Below, piece after piece: positions 22,081-31,467 of a stretch of DNA of 64,000 nt. The translations under genes and the position numbers were made by a program. This DNA comes from an uncultured Candidatus Rokubacteria bacterium (GTDB taxonomy: Bacteria > Methylomirabilota > Methylomirabilia > Rokubacteriales > CSP1-6), in the NCBI GenBank assembly GCA_963747235.1, contig CAVVEU010000013.1, positions 288,001 through 352,000 of the forward strand. The letters are read 5' to 3'. The notes under the pieces were generated by a model, which searched no databases, was not told where the DNA came from, and saw only the letters and a list, made by a program, of their open reading frames with translations. Position 1 is the stretch's first letter; every line of letters begins with the position of its first letter.

Positions 22081-22557
22081 ATGTTCGATATCGGCCTCCA
22101 GGAGCTGGCTCTCATCTTCGTGATCGCCCTGCTCGTGTTCGGCCCCAAGAACCTTCCCCAGCTCGGCCGATCCCTCGGCCGGGCCATGCGCGAGTTCCGG
22201 CGGGCCAGCGACGAGTTCCGATCCACCATCGAGACCAACCTCAAGATCAACGAGCTGGACCCGCTGCCGGATCCAACCCCGGTGGCCACCTCCTCCGACC
22301 TGGTGACCGAGCCGGTGGCGGCGGCGGAGGCCCTGCCGGAGTCGGTGCTCAACCCCTACGAGACGCCGGCCGTCGCCGTGCCGGAGGGGGAGAACTACCT
22401 GGCCCAGCGCAGCGCCAAGCTCTTCCACGGGCGTGACTGTAGCTGGGCCCGACGGATTGTTGAGCCCGAGCGGGTCTATTTCAAGCGGGTCGCCGAGGCC
22501 CGCGAGGCCGGGTACGCCGCTTGCCCGGTCTGCGAGCCCTGGGAGCCTGCCGGCTGA
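22081..22557 (+). CDS. TatA/TatB-family translocase subunit with C-terminal Ada-like Zn-binding domain
   Basis: MFDIGLQEL...LLVFGPKNLPQLGRSLGRAMREFRRA; C-terminus FH..DC...I......F.....A..AGY..CPVCEP. Confidence 0.85.
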   Translation: MFDIGLQELALIFVIALLVFGPKNLPQLGRSLGRAMREFRRASDEFRSTIETNLKINELDPLPDPTPVATSSDLVTEPVAAAEALPESVLNPYETPAVAVPEGENYLAQRSAKLFHGRDCSWARRIVEPERVYFKRVAEAREAGYAACPVCEPWEPAG

Positions 22558-22655
22558 CCCCCTTTTTTTCCTTGTGTAGCTCAACGGGTGTTGACTATCA
22601 TCTGTTGAGGCTCGGCCAAGCAGAGGCTCGAGTTGCCAGGAAAGGGGCGACCAGG

Positions 22656-23291
22656 GTGAAGGAGATGACGGCTCGGCAGCGCGAGGTGCTGGAGTTCATC
22701 CGGTTCTTCGGCGAGCGGCAGGGTGTGCCCCCCACTGTCCGCGAGATCGGGGAGCGCTTCCACTTCACGGCCCGTGCGGCGTTCGACCACCTGCGGGCGC
22801 TGGAGCGGAAGGGCATGCTGGAGCGCCGGGTGACCGGCAAGCGCGCCTCCCGGACCCTCGTGCTCCCCGCGCACAAGGGCGCGCGGCGGGTGGAAGTGGC
22901 CGCCTCCGGCATCCCGGTGCTCGGCCGCATCGCGGCGGGCGCGCCGATCACCGCGGTGGAAAACCACGAAGACACCATCCCGCTGCGGCCCGATTGGCTC
23001 GGCACGGGTGGTCAGGATGTCTTCGCGCTCCGCGTGCGCGGGGACAGCATGATCGAGGCGCACATCATGGACGGCGATCTCGTCCTCGTGCGCAAGCAGG
23101 ACACGGCGGCGAGCGGTGACATCGTCGCGGCCATGCTGGACGGTGAGGCCACCGTGAAGCGTTTCGCGCGGGAGAGCGGCGCGGTGGTGCTGCGCCCGGA
23201 GCACCCGACCATGAAGCCGATCGTGGTGGAGGCAGGTCGCGGCGACTTCCGCATCCTGGGCAAGGTCGTCGGCATCATGCGGCAAATCTGA
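22656..23291 (+). CDS. lexA: LexA SOS repressor
   Basis: MTARQREVL, PPTVREIG, HLRALERKG, GRIAAG cleavage site, GDSM Ser, ATVKR Lys. Confidence 0.96.
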   Translation: MKEMTARQREVLEFIRFFGERQGVPPTVREIGERFHFTARAAFDHLRALERKGMLERRVTGKRASRTLVLPAHKGARRVEVAASGIPVLGRIAAGAPITAVENHEDTIPLRPDWLGTGGQDVFALRVRGDSMIEAHIMDGDLVLVRKQDTAASGDIVAAMLDGEATVKRFARESGAVVLRPEHPTMKPIVVEAGRGDFRILGKVVGIMRQI

Positions 23292-23317
23292 GGGGCAATC
23301 CGAAAGGAGCACGGACC

Positions 23318-23581
23318 ATGCGGCGGGTAGCAGCAGTGGCGGTGCGGAGCAGGAAGCGGCGGCCGATCACGCGCCGTGATTGGACGTGTGACTGGCGTCG
23401 CGATGCGCGGCGCCGCGTGTGGATCGGGTCGCGCGCGCGGGCGGCCGCAGTACGCCCCCTTTTTTTCGCGCTGAAGACTCAACAGGTGGCGACGCTTCGC
23501 CCGGCCGATCTCCTGGGCGCCGCGGCAATGCTGCTGGGCGTGGTGTCGTGGGGTGTGCTGGCCGCGCTGCTGGCGAGCTGA
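23318..23581 (+). CDS. small basic protein with C-terminal TM helix
   Basis: AAAGGAG RBS; Arg-rich N-terminus, hydrophobic C-terminus. Confidence 0.5.
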   Translation: MRRVAAVAVRSRKRRPITRRDWTCDWRRDARRRVWIGSRARAAAVRPLFFALKTQQVATLRPADLLGAAAMLLGVVSWGVLAALLAS

Positions 23582-23594
23582 CGACGGGCCAGAC

Positions 23595-25490
23595 TCAGGC
23601 GCGGCCCGGACGCTCCCAGGGCCGGACCGCGATGAAGATCTGGAGCAGATCGCCGTCCAGCGCGCCGGACTTGCGCTCCTGGCCGAGGATGTCCAGCGCG
23701 CGCTCCACCGGCACCGCGGGCTTGTAGGGGCGGTCGCGCGAGGTCAGCGCGTCGAAGATGTCGGAGATGGTCATCATGCGCGTCTGCACCGGGATGTCCG
23801 GGGCGCGCCAGCCGTCCGGGTAGCCGCCGCCGTTCAGCTTCTCGTGGTGCGAGCGGGCGATCTCGGGCACGCGGCGGAGCTCCTTGGTCCACGGGATCTG
23901 CTTCAGGAACTGGTACGTGTGCACGACGTGCGACTGGATCTGCTCGTACTCCTCGGGCGTCAGGCTGCCGCGCGGGATGGCCAGGATGCGGGCCTCGTCG
24001 GGCGTGATCAGGGTCAGCGAGTCGCCCAGGTGATCCGCGTAGGCGTGCACGGCCAGGTCGCGGATCGAGGCGGAGACGTCGTCGGGCATCACGGTGGGCT
24101 CGTTGGCCGCCGCGACGGCCTTGAGATGCTGGTCGAGGTCGGCGAGCATGGCGGCCAGCTCGGCGTCCCACTCCGCGGAGCGATGGCCGAAGTCCTCCCG
24201 GCCGTGCCGGAGCAGCCAGTCCATCTTGCGGCGCGCGTGGCGCAGCTCGAGACCGCGCCGGATGATCTCGCCGCGCTGCCGGATCATGTCGAGCTGGCCC
24301 ACCGGGAGCTTCTTGGCCTTCACCAGGACTTCCTCGCGGACGCCGACCTTGCCGAAGTCGTGGAGGAGCGAGGCGTAGCGGATCTCCTTCATCTCGTCGG
24401 GCGAGAAGCGGACGTCACGGAAGGCGCCGCCGTCGCGGTCCACCGCGGTGGCCAGCGCCACCGTGAAGTCGGCCACCCGGAAGGAGTGACCCGAGGTGGT
24501 CGGGTCCCGCGACTCGATCGCGGTGACCGAGGCCTGCACGAAGCCCTCGAACAGCGCCTGGATGGACTGGTAAAGGCGACTGTTCTCGAGCGCGACGGCG
24601 GCCTGGGAGGCGAGCGACGCGGCCAGATCCCGGAAGCGCGGTGGGTAGGGGATCACGTGGGCCAGCACGTCGGCGGGCGTCGGGAAGACCGCGGCCGGAT
24701 CCCGCTTGCAGTTGATGAGCTGCAGCGCGCCGATCACCTTGCCCTGCGGCGTGGCCATCGGGACGACCAGCATGGACTTGGTGCGGTAGCCGACCCGCTC
24801 GTCGAAGTCGCGATTGACGCGGAAGCGCGAGCCGGGCGGCAGCACGTAGGCGTCGTCGAGCTGCAGCACCACGCCGGTGAGCGCCACGTGGCCGGCCACG
24901 CTGGCGTCGTCGATCGGCAGCGTGAACTCGGTGAACGGCACCCGGACCGAGTCGTTCTGGGCCAGCTTGAAGCGCAGGCGCGCGGTGCCGTCGGCCGCGT
25001 CCTCCACCACGTAGAGCGACCCCGCGTCGCTGTGGGTGATCGCGCGCGCCTTGGTCAGGATCAGATTCAGGAGCGCGTCGGTGTCGCGCTCGGCGGAGAG
25101 GCCGACGCCGATCTGGTTGAGCTCCTGCAGCTCGCGACGGCTCGCGTCGGCCTCACGCCGGGCGTGCGCGTGGTCGCACGCGTTGCGGAGCGCGGCGGCC
25201 AGCACCGCGGGAGCGGCCGGCTTGCCGACGTAGGCGTAGCACGAGACGACCGGGGTGGCGCCGGGAGCGACGAGGGCGACCACCGGCAGGTCGGGCGCGT
25301 CGGCGGCCAGGGCCGTCGCGACCTTCGCGTCCCCCGCGGTCAGGTCCACGAGCGCCACCGCGGACTCATCCGGCCCGGCCGGCGGGGCGCCCGTCGCGGG
25401 CAGCGGGAGCGCCTCGAGATCACCGGGGAGCGCGGAGAGCTGGGTAGCTGCCGGGGAACCCGCCGGGTACCAGACCACTCGGCGTGGCAT
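23595..25490 (-). CDS. GAF + HD-GYP cyclic-dinucleotide phosphodiesterase
   Basis: GAF (YRTKSMLVVPM..GALQLIN), GHSFRVA, LLHDFGK, HHEKLNGGGYP, SDIFDALT..RPYK. Confidence 0.92.
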   Translation of the reverse strand: MPRRVVWYPAGSPAATQLSALPGDLEALPLPATGAPPAGPDESAVALVDLTAGDAKVATALAADAPDLPVVALVAPGATPVVSCYAYVGKPAAPAVLAAALRNACDHAHARREADASRRELQELNQIGVGLSAERDTDALLNLILTKARAITHSDAGSLYVVEDAADGTARLRFKLAQNDSVRVPFTEFTLPIDDASVAGHVALTGVVLQLDDAYVLPPGSRFRVNRDFDERVGYRTKSMLVVPMATPQGKVIGALQLINCKRDPAAVFPTPADVLAHVIPYPPRFRDLAASLASQAAVALENSRLYQSIQALFEGFVQASVTAIESRDPTTSGHSFRVADFTVALATAVDRDGGAFRDVRFSPDEMKEIRYASLLHDFGKVGVREEVLVKAKKLPVGQLDMIRQRGEIIRRGLELRHARRKMDWLLRHGREDFGHRSAEWDAELAAMLADLDQHLKAVAAANEPTVMPDDVSASIRDLAVHAYADHLGDSLTLITPDEARILAIPRGSLTPEEYEQIQSHVVHTYQFLKQIPWTKELRRVPEIARSHHEKLNGGGYPDGWRAPDIPVQTRMMTISDIFDALTSRDRPYKPAVPVERALDILGQERKSGALDGDLLQIFIAVRPWERPGRA

Positions 25491-25602
25491 GTATCGAGGG
25501 TAGGACCCCCCTCGGCGGCCTGTCAAGGGAAGGCGAGCCGCCGGGGCCGGACGGTGGCACGGCTTGACCGTCTCACGCCCGGGTCGGTAAGATCACCCGA
25601 CC

Positions 25603-26489
25603 ATGACCACGCGCGTATCCACGGGTAGTTCCAGGCTGGACGAGATGCTGGGCGGCGGGCTGCTCCCGGGCACCCTGACGGTTGTCTACGGGGCCACCGG
25701 GATCGGCAAGACCCACCTGGGCCTGATGTTCTGCGACCACGGCGCCCGGGCCGACGGGGCCCGCGGGCATCGTGTTCGACATGAACGTCCGCGGCGACTC
25801 CCAGCAGCACCACGCCTATGCCGCGCGGCTGCACGGCTGGGACCTCAAGCGCTGGACGCACTCGGTGCTGCCCATGGCCGAGCCATTCCCGCCCGGCGAG
25901 CAGATGCAGGCCTTCTACTGCGACGCCCTGCCGTGGGTCGGCAAGCTGCGCGACTACCAGGTCACGAGCGGGGACGGGGTCGAGTTCGACTGGAACTGGA
26001 AGGCCCAGTACAACCAGGCCCTCTACACGGTGCGGCCCTTCGTGTACTTCCACCTCGCGGCGGGGAGCCGGCGCATCGTGGTGGACGGCATCGAGCCGAT
26101 GGACGTGCCGGGCGACTACATCCAGCCCTACATCTTCGACGACCTCTACCGGAAGACCATCCATCGGGACAGCGAGACGCTCGGGATGGAGATCTGCATG
26201 CCGGTGTGGAAGCACCGCGCCTTCATCGACGCGCACCGCTACGATCACATCGACGGTGACCACGCTGCTCCTGGTGACGACCGAGGAGACCCAGCTCGAG
26301 CACCTCATCGCCCGCAAGGTCGCGGCGGGCGACGTCGGCGCGGTGGCCAACACCATCGTGGTGATGGGCAGCGAGCGCGTCGGCAACCGGCTGGCCCGCA
26401 TGCTCTGCGTGGTCAAGCACCGGGGGAGCGCCAAGAGCGACGAGATCACGGAGTACCGCGTCACCGAGCGGGGCTTCGAGCTGGGCTGA
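25603..26489 (+). CDS. single-domain KaiC/RAD55-like ATPase (frameshifts near 25765 and 26250)
   Basis: RVSTG...LDEMLGGGL.PG, Walker A GATGIGKT, Walker B IVVDG, R.LCVVKHRGS across three frames. Confidence 0.8.
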
Positions 26490-26494
26490 GCCGC

Positions 26495-27337
26495 ATGGAC
26501 CAGGCCGCGCTGCTCCGGCGCCGGCGCCGCAACTTCCGCCAGCTCCCTTCCCGCCGCGTGCGCTCCGCGCGGAGCGCGCTGGCCTTCGTGGAGGCGGTGG
26601 GCCTCTGCTCGACGTTCCATCGCTTCCCGGAGGGCCTCGGCTGCCTCTGGGAGGCCGTGGTGGGCCGGGCCGCGCCGCGGTGGCCGCGCCGCTCGCACCA
26701 CGACGACGGGATCGGGCTCACCTGGGAGCTGAAGGACGTGCTGCCCGCCCGGCGCCAGGTGTACTACGGCAAGCTCGTGAAGGGCCGGCCGCTGCTGGTC
26801 GCGCTCGATCTGTTCCCCGCGTTCTATTCCCTCGTGCGCGGCAATCAGCGGGCGAGCGCGTACCGCACGGAATACGAGGCGGGCCGCCTCTCGCTCAACG
26901 CCAAGCGCATCATGGACTGCCTCGTGCGCGAGTCGCCCCAGTACACGCGGGGCATCCGCGCGGAGTGCTTCATGCTCGAGCCGGGCAAGACGCGCGAGTT
27001 CGAGCGGGCCATGGGCGAGCTCCAGCAGGGGCTCTGGATCGTGAAGACCGAGGAGCGGTACGAGCCGACCTTCTCGTACCGCTGGGACCTGCTCGAGCGG
27101 TGGCTGCCGGACGTGGTCGCGGAAGGCCGGCGGTTGCGCCGGCCGGCCGCGCTCGAGCGCCTGCTCTCGCGCTATCTCGCCGGCGCGGTGTACTCGACGC
27201 CGGCGCTGCTCGCGCGCCTCTTCGGGGTGCCGCGCCCCGAGGTGGAGACGGCGCTGTCCGCGCTGGCGCGGGCCGGGCGGGTCAGCGCGCCGCGCGAGGT
27301 GGCGGGCTGGCCGGGCCGGTGGGTGGTGAGCGCCTGA
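26495..27337 (+). CDS. winged-helix (AlkZ/YcaQ-like) protein
   Basis: ALAFVEAVG, W..KD.L....YYGK..GRP..V, LQ..LWIV pattern recalled for HTH_42-like proteins; catalytic motif not identified. Confidence 0.5.
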   Translation: MDQAALLRRRRRNFRQLPSRRVRSARSALAFVEAVGLCSTFHRFPEGLGCLWEAVVGRAAPRWPRRSHHDDGIGLTWELKDVLPARRQVYYGKLVKGRPLLVALDLFPAFYSLVRGNQRASAYRTEYEAGRLSLNAKRIMDCLVRESPQYTRGIRAECFMLEPGKTREFERAMGELQQGLWIVKTEERYEPTFSYRWDLLERWLPDVVAEGRRLRRPAALERLLSRYLAGAVYSTPALLARLFGVPRPEVETALSALARAGRVSAPREVAGWPGRWVVSA

Positions 27338-28188
27338 TGGCCTCGCCGCCGCCCGGCTTCCGCTACATCGACGTCCACACCCACCTGCATCCCGAGTGGC
27401 TCTCGGCGGCGATCCGCCGCTGGTTCGTGGGGCGGCCCGGCTGGGACTTCCAGTACCGGACCGAGCCCGAATGGGTCGCGCGCTTCCTCGCCGAGCAGGA
27501 CGTGGAGCGCTTCGTCTACTTCTCGTACGCCCACAAGCCCGGGCTCGCGCGCGAGCTCAACGCGTGGCTCCACGAGACGGCGCGGCGGCTGCCCGCGGGC
27601 CTGCCGCTCGGCACGGTGCACCCGGGCGATGCCGACGTGGTGGATGTGGCACGGGAGGCGCTCGACGGCTACGGGTTCCGGGGCTTCAAGTTCCACATCA
27701 ACGTGCAGCGCTTCCATCCCGACGACCCGCGCATCCTGCCGGTCTACGAGCTCCTGCTGGCCCGGGGGGCGGTGCTCCTGATCCACGTGGGCAGCGCGCC
27801 CTGGCCCAACGAGTACGACGGGTTCCCGCGCTTCGAGCGGGTGATGGACATGTTCCCGGAGCTCAAGGTCATCGTGGCCCACATGGGCCAGTTCGAGACC
27901 CGCCGGCATCTGGAGCTGATGGAGCGGTGTCCGAACATGTATCTCGACACCACCGCCGCGATGGCCCCGCAGAGCGCGATCTACCGGGGAGGGCACGGCG
28001 CGAGTCCCGCCGACGTGACCGACGCCGATCTGGTGCGCTGGCAGGATCGCATCCTGTTCGGGAGCGACTTCCCCAACACGCCCCACAGCTACGACGACGA
28101 GCGACGGCCGATCTGGGAGCGGCCGGTGCCCGAGACGGTTCACCGCAAGATCTTCCACGACAACGCCCAGCGGCTGCTCGGGCTCTAG
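27337..28188 (+). CDS. amidohydrolase_2 family metal-dependent hydrolase
   Basis: IDVHTH, GFKFH, IHVG, VAHMG, LFGSDFP. Confidence 0.9.
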   Translation: MASPPPGFRYIDVHTHLHPEWLSAAIRRWFVGRPGWDFQYRTEPEWVARFLAEQDVERFVYFSYAHKPGLARELNAWLHETARRLPAGLPLGTVHPGDADVVDVAREALDGYGFRGFKFHINVQRFHPDDPRILPVYELLLARGAVLLIHVGSAPWPNEYDGFPRFERVMDMFPELKVIVAHMGQFETRRHLELMERCPNMYLDTTAAMAPQSAIYRGGHGASPADVTDADLVRWQDRILFGSDFPNTPHSYDDERRPIWERPVPETVHRKIFHDNAQRLLGL

Positions 28189-29636
28189 TGCGCATCCGGC
28201 TGGAGCAGTTGCCGGTGACGGGGCGCCGCGCGCTCGCTGCGCTCGGGGAGCTGGCCGGGCCCGCGAGAGCCGCGTGGGTCGTGGGCGGCACCCTGCGCGA
28301 GGTGCTGTCGGGTGGCGCGGCCGCCGATCTCGACCTGGCGGTGGCCGGTGGGGCGCTCGAGCTGGGACGCCGCCTGGCCGACCGGCTGGACGCCACCTTC
28401 GTGGTCCTGGACGAGGACCGCGGCGCCGGGCGCATCGTGCCGCGGTCGGGCGGCGGAGAGGTGGACGTGGTGGATCTCCGCGCGGCGACGCTCGAGGCCG
28501 ATCTGCGGGCCCGCGACTTCACGGTGAACGCGCTCGCCGCGCCGGTGGCCGCGCTGCTGCGCGACGGCGTCGCCACCATCGTGGACGCGACGGGCGGGCT
28601 CGACGACCTCCGCGATCGGGTGGTGCGGCCCTGCGGGCCCGCCGCGATCGACGACGATCCGGTCCGCGCGCTGCGCGGCGTGCGGCTCGCGATGCGCCCG
28701 GGGTGGCGGCTCCATCCGGACGCCGAGGCGGCCATCGAAGCGGCGGCGCACCTGATCGCGCGCGTGGCGGCCGAGCGAGTCCGCGACGAGCTGATCGGGA
28801 TCCTCGCCGAGCCGGCGGCCGCGGCGGGACTGCGAGCGCTGGATCGGCTGGGGGTCCTGACGGTCCTGCTGCCGGAGAGCCTCCCGATGCGCGCCACCGC
28901 CCAGCCCCTGCCGCATCACTTCGACGTCTGGGAGCACTCGCTGCGGGCGGTCGAGGGCGTGGATGCTCTGCTCGCCGACCTCGACGCGCTCGCCCCATGG
29001 GGCCCGGCCCTGCGCGAGCATCTGACGCAGGACCTGGGCGGTGGGCTGACCCGGCGCGAAGCGCTGAAGCTGGCCGCGCTGCTCCACGACGTGGCCAAGC
29101 CCGAGACGCGGGCCGAGATCGGCGGGCGCGTCCGCTTCATCGGCCACGACACGGCGGGCGCGCGACGCGCGGTCGAGATCGCGCGGCGCTTCCGTCTCTC
29201 GCGGCACGCCGCGCAGGTGCTCGAGCGGCTCGTGGCCGAGCATCTGCGGCCCATGCATCTGGCGCAGGCGGGCGTGATCACGCGTCGCGCGCGGTTCCGC
29301 TTCTTCCGGGCGCTCGGCGACGAGGCGCGCGATCTGCTGCTGCTGGCCCTGGCCGACGCGGCCGCGCTCGACGGCGCCGCCCCGCTGGCGGTCTGGGCGG
29401 GTGCCGGCGGCGAGGTGGTGCGCACCCTGATGGCCGGCTTCGACGAGGAGGCGGCGGCTGCCGCGTCGCCCGCCCTGCTGCGGGGAGAAGACGTGATGGC
29501 GGCGTTCGGTGTGGCGCCGGGTCCGGAGGTCGGCCGCCTCCTCGGACTGGCCCGCGAGGCCCAGGCGCTCGGCCTGGTGAGCACGCGTGACGAGGCGCTC
29601 GCGCACCTGCGTCGCGAGACGGAGCGTGGAACTTGA
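28188..29636 (+). CDS. tRNA nucleotidyltransferase/poly(A) polymerase family with HD domain (probably CC-adding type)
   Basis: VGG.LR, DLD, DL..RDFTVNA, DDPVR.LR, ERVRDEL, LLHDVAK. Confidence 0.88.
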   Translation: MRIRLEQLPVTGRRALAALGELAGPARAAWVVGGTLREVLSGGAAADLDLAVAGGALELGRRLADRLDATFVVLDEDRGAGRIVPRSGGGEVDVVDLRAATLEADLRARDFTVNALAAPVAALLRDGVATIVDATGGLDDLRDRVVRPCGPAAIDDDPVRALRGVRLAMRPGWRLHPDAEAAIEAAAHLIARVAAERVRDELIGILAEPAAAAGLRALDRLGVLTVLLPESLPMRATAQPLPHHFDVWEHSLRAVEGVDALLADLDALAPWGPALREHLTQDLGGGLTRREALKLAALLHDVAKPETRAEIGGRVRFIGHDTAGARRAVEIARRFRLSRHAAQVLERLVAEHLRPMHLAQAGVITRRARFRFFRALGDEARDLLLLALADAAALDGAAPLAVWAGAGGEVVRTLMAGFDEEAAAAASPALLRGEDVMAAFGVAPGPEVGRLLGLAREAQALGLVSTRDEALAHLRRETERGT

Positions 29637-29662
29637 CACCCGGCCCAGGCGTTGCCTAGAGT
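29633..29662 (+). promoter_or_regulatory. sigma70-type promoter
   Basis: TTGACA-18 nt-TAGAGT. Confidence 0.55.
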
Positions 29663-29708
29663 GTGGTCACTTTCCCCGCCAATTTCACCGCTTCCAAGGA
29701 GGCCCCTG

Positions 29709-31244
29709 ATGGTTCTGAGACGTCTCTGTTCGCTCGTGCTGACCCTGCTCGTGGCGCCGGGCCTGGCCTGGGCGGCTCCGGAGGGCAAGATCGTCATCGC
29801 CCAGGGGGTGGATCCCACGACGCTCGATACCCAGAATCAGCAGGAGACGCCCGCCTCCGTGGTGGCGAGCCACCTGTTCGATACGCTGGTGGAGCGCGAT
29901 CAGAACCTCAAGATCGTGCCCGCGCTGGCCGCGGAGCTGCCGAAGCTGGTGGCGCCGACGACGTGGGAAGTGAAGCTGCGCCGCGGCGTGAAGTTCCACA
30001 ACGGCGAGGAGTTCAACGCGGAGTCGGTGAAGTTCAGCCTCGAGCGGGTCAAGACGGGACTCCGGGCCAGCTCGAACTTCCGGCCCATCGAGAAGGTGGA
30101 CATCGTGGACGCCTACACGGTGCGCGTGCAGACGAGCAAGCCGTGGCCCATCTTTCCCACGATCATGACCTCGCGCCAGGCGTCCATGTACCCGCCCAAG
30201 GCCTACGCGGGCAAGGACTCGGCCTTCATCTCGAAGAACCCGATCGGCACCGGGCCGTACAAGCTCGTTCGCTGGAGCAAGGACGAGGAGATCGTGCTCG
30301 AGGCGAATGATCAGTACTGGCGCGGCGCGGCCAGGATCAAGACGGTGGTGTTCCGCCCCATTCCCGACGACGCGGTGCGGGTGGCCGCGCTCCAGAACGG
30401 GGAAGTGGACGTGGCGGTGAACATCCCGCCGCACCTGGCCACCATCATCGCCAACCACCCCAAGATCTTCCTCTCGACCGCGCCGTCGATCCGCACGCTG
30501 CAGCTCATGTTCGTCACCCACGAGTACGACGCCCAGCACAAGCTGATCGGGCCCTACAAGGGCGTGACCGCCGACAAGCGCGTGCGCCAGGCCATCGCCT
30601 ACGCGCTCGACGTGGACGAGATCGTCAAGGGCGTGCTCGACGGCAAGGCGGTGCGCACCGCCTTGCTGCTGACCCCGCTGCATTTCGGCTACGACCCCGC
30701 GCTCAAGCCGATCAAGCAGGACCTGGGCAAGGTCAAGCAGCTCCTGACCGAGGCCGGCTTCCCGGGCGGGCTCGAGCTCACGCTGAACAGCCCGCAGGGC
30801 CGCTACGTGCGGGACAAGGAAGTGGCGGAGGCGGTGACCGGCCAGCTCACCAAGGCCGGGATCCGTACCCAGCTCAAGACCTACGAGTTCGTCAACTACC
30901 TGAACAACCTCGTGTACGCGCACAAGCCGGGCCCGGTGTGGCTGATCGGCTGGGGCACGGCCACGGTGGACGCCGAGACGGTGTACGGCCCGCTCTTCCG
31001 GAGCGGCAGCAACCTGGGCAACTACCACAACGCCGACTTCGACGGCATGGTGGACCAGGCGCAGACGCAGATGGACGAGAAGCAGCGGCTCGCCACGTAC
31101 CACCGGATCAACAAGCTGTGGATCGACGACATGCCGGCGGTGCCGCTCTACCAGCAGGTCGACCTCTACGGGGCCAGCAAGCGGCTCAACTGGAAGGCGC
31201 GCAGCGACGAGCTGATCAAGGCCTACGACATGTCACTCAAATAG
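29709..31244 (+). CDS. ABC transporter substrate-binding protein, family 5 (peptide/nickel), orphan
   Basis: Signal peptide, LRRGVKFHNG, PIGTGPYK, D.RVRQAI.YA. Confidence 0.93.
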   Translation: MVLRRLCSLVLTLLVAPGLAWAAPEGKIVIAQGVDPTTLDTQNQQETPASVVASHLFDTLVERDQNLKIVPALAAELPKLVAPTTWEVKLRRGVKFHNGEEFNAESVKFSLERVKTGLRASSNFRPIEKVDIVDAYTVRVQTSKPWPIFPTIMTSRQASMYPPKAYAGKDSAFISKNPIGTGPYKLVRWSKDEEIVLEANDQYWRGAARIKTVVFRPIPDDAVRVAALQNGEVDVAVNIPPHLATIIANHPKIFLSTAPSIRTLQLMFVTHEYDAQHKLIGPYKGVTADKRVRQAIAYALDVDEIVKGVLDGKAVRTALLLTPLHFGYDPALKPIKQDLGKVKQLLTEAGFPGGLELTLNSPQGRYVRDKEVAEAVTGQLTKAGIRTQLKTYEFVNYLNNLVYAHKPGPVWLIGWGTATVDAETVYGPLFRSGSNLGNYHNADFDGMVDQAQTQMDEKQRLATYHRINKLWIDDMPAVPLYQQVDLYGASKRLNWKARSDELIKAYDMSLK

Positions 31245-31290
31245 CTCCCGGTTGACTGGCCGCGAGCGAAGGCTAGAATAGGGACGCAAC

Positions 31291-31365
31291 GCGGGCGTGG
31301 CGCAACGGTAGCGCACGAGCTTCCCAAGCTCGGGGTTGCGAGTTCAAATCTCGTCGCCCGCTCCA
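31291..31365 (+). tRNA. tRNA-Gly (CCC)
   Basis: Acceptor GCGGGCG/CGCCCGC, anticodon arm CGAGC-TTCCCAA-GCTCG, T-loop GTTCAAATC, encoded CCA; TTGACT-16-TAGAAT promoter upstream. Confidence 0.96.
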
Positions 31366-31369
31366 TTCT

Positions 31370-31412
31370 CCGGGGCCTACGGGGCAAACCCCTGTAGGCC
31401 CCGGCTTTCTTC
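31370..31412 (+). terminator. intrinsic terminator after tRNA
   Basis: CCGGGGCCTACGGGG-CAAA-CCCCTGTAGGCCCCGG followed by CTTTCTT. Confidence 0.75.
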
Positions 31413-31467
31413 GCGGTACGCCAACGGGCGAGCGTACGAGGACTCCGAGGTCGTTCGAGGGGTCCGG

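Noticed and set aside
25603-26489. Circadian KaiC clock
   Set aside because: Single ATPase domain and no kaiA/kaiB nearby
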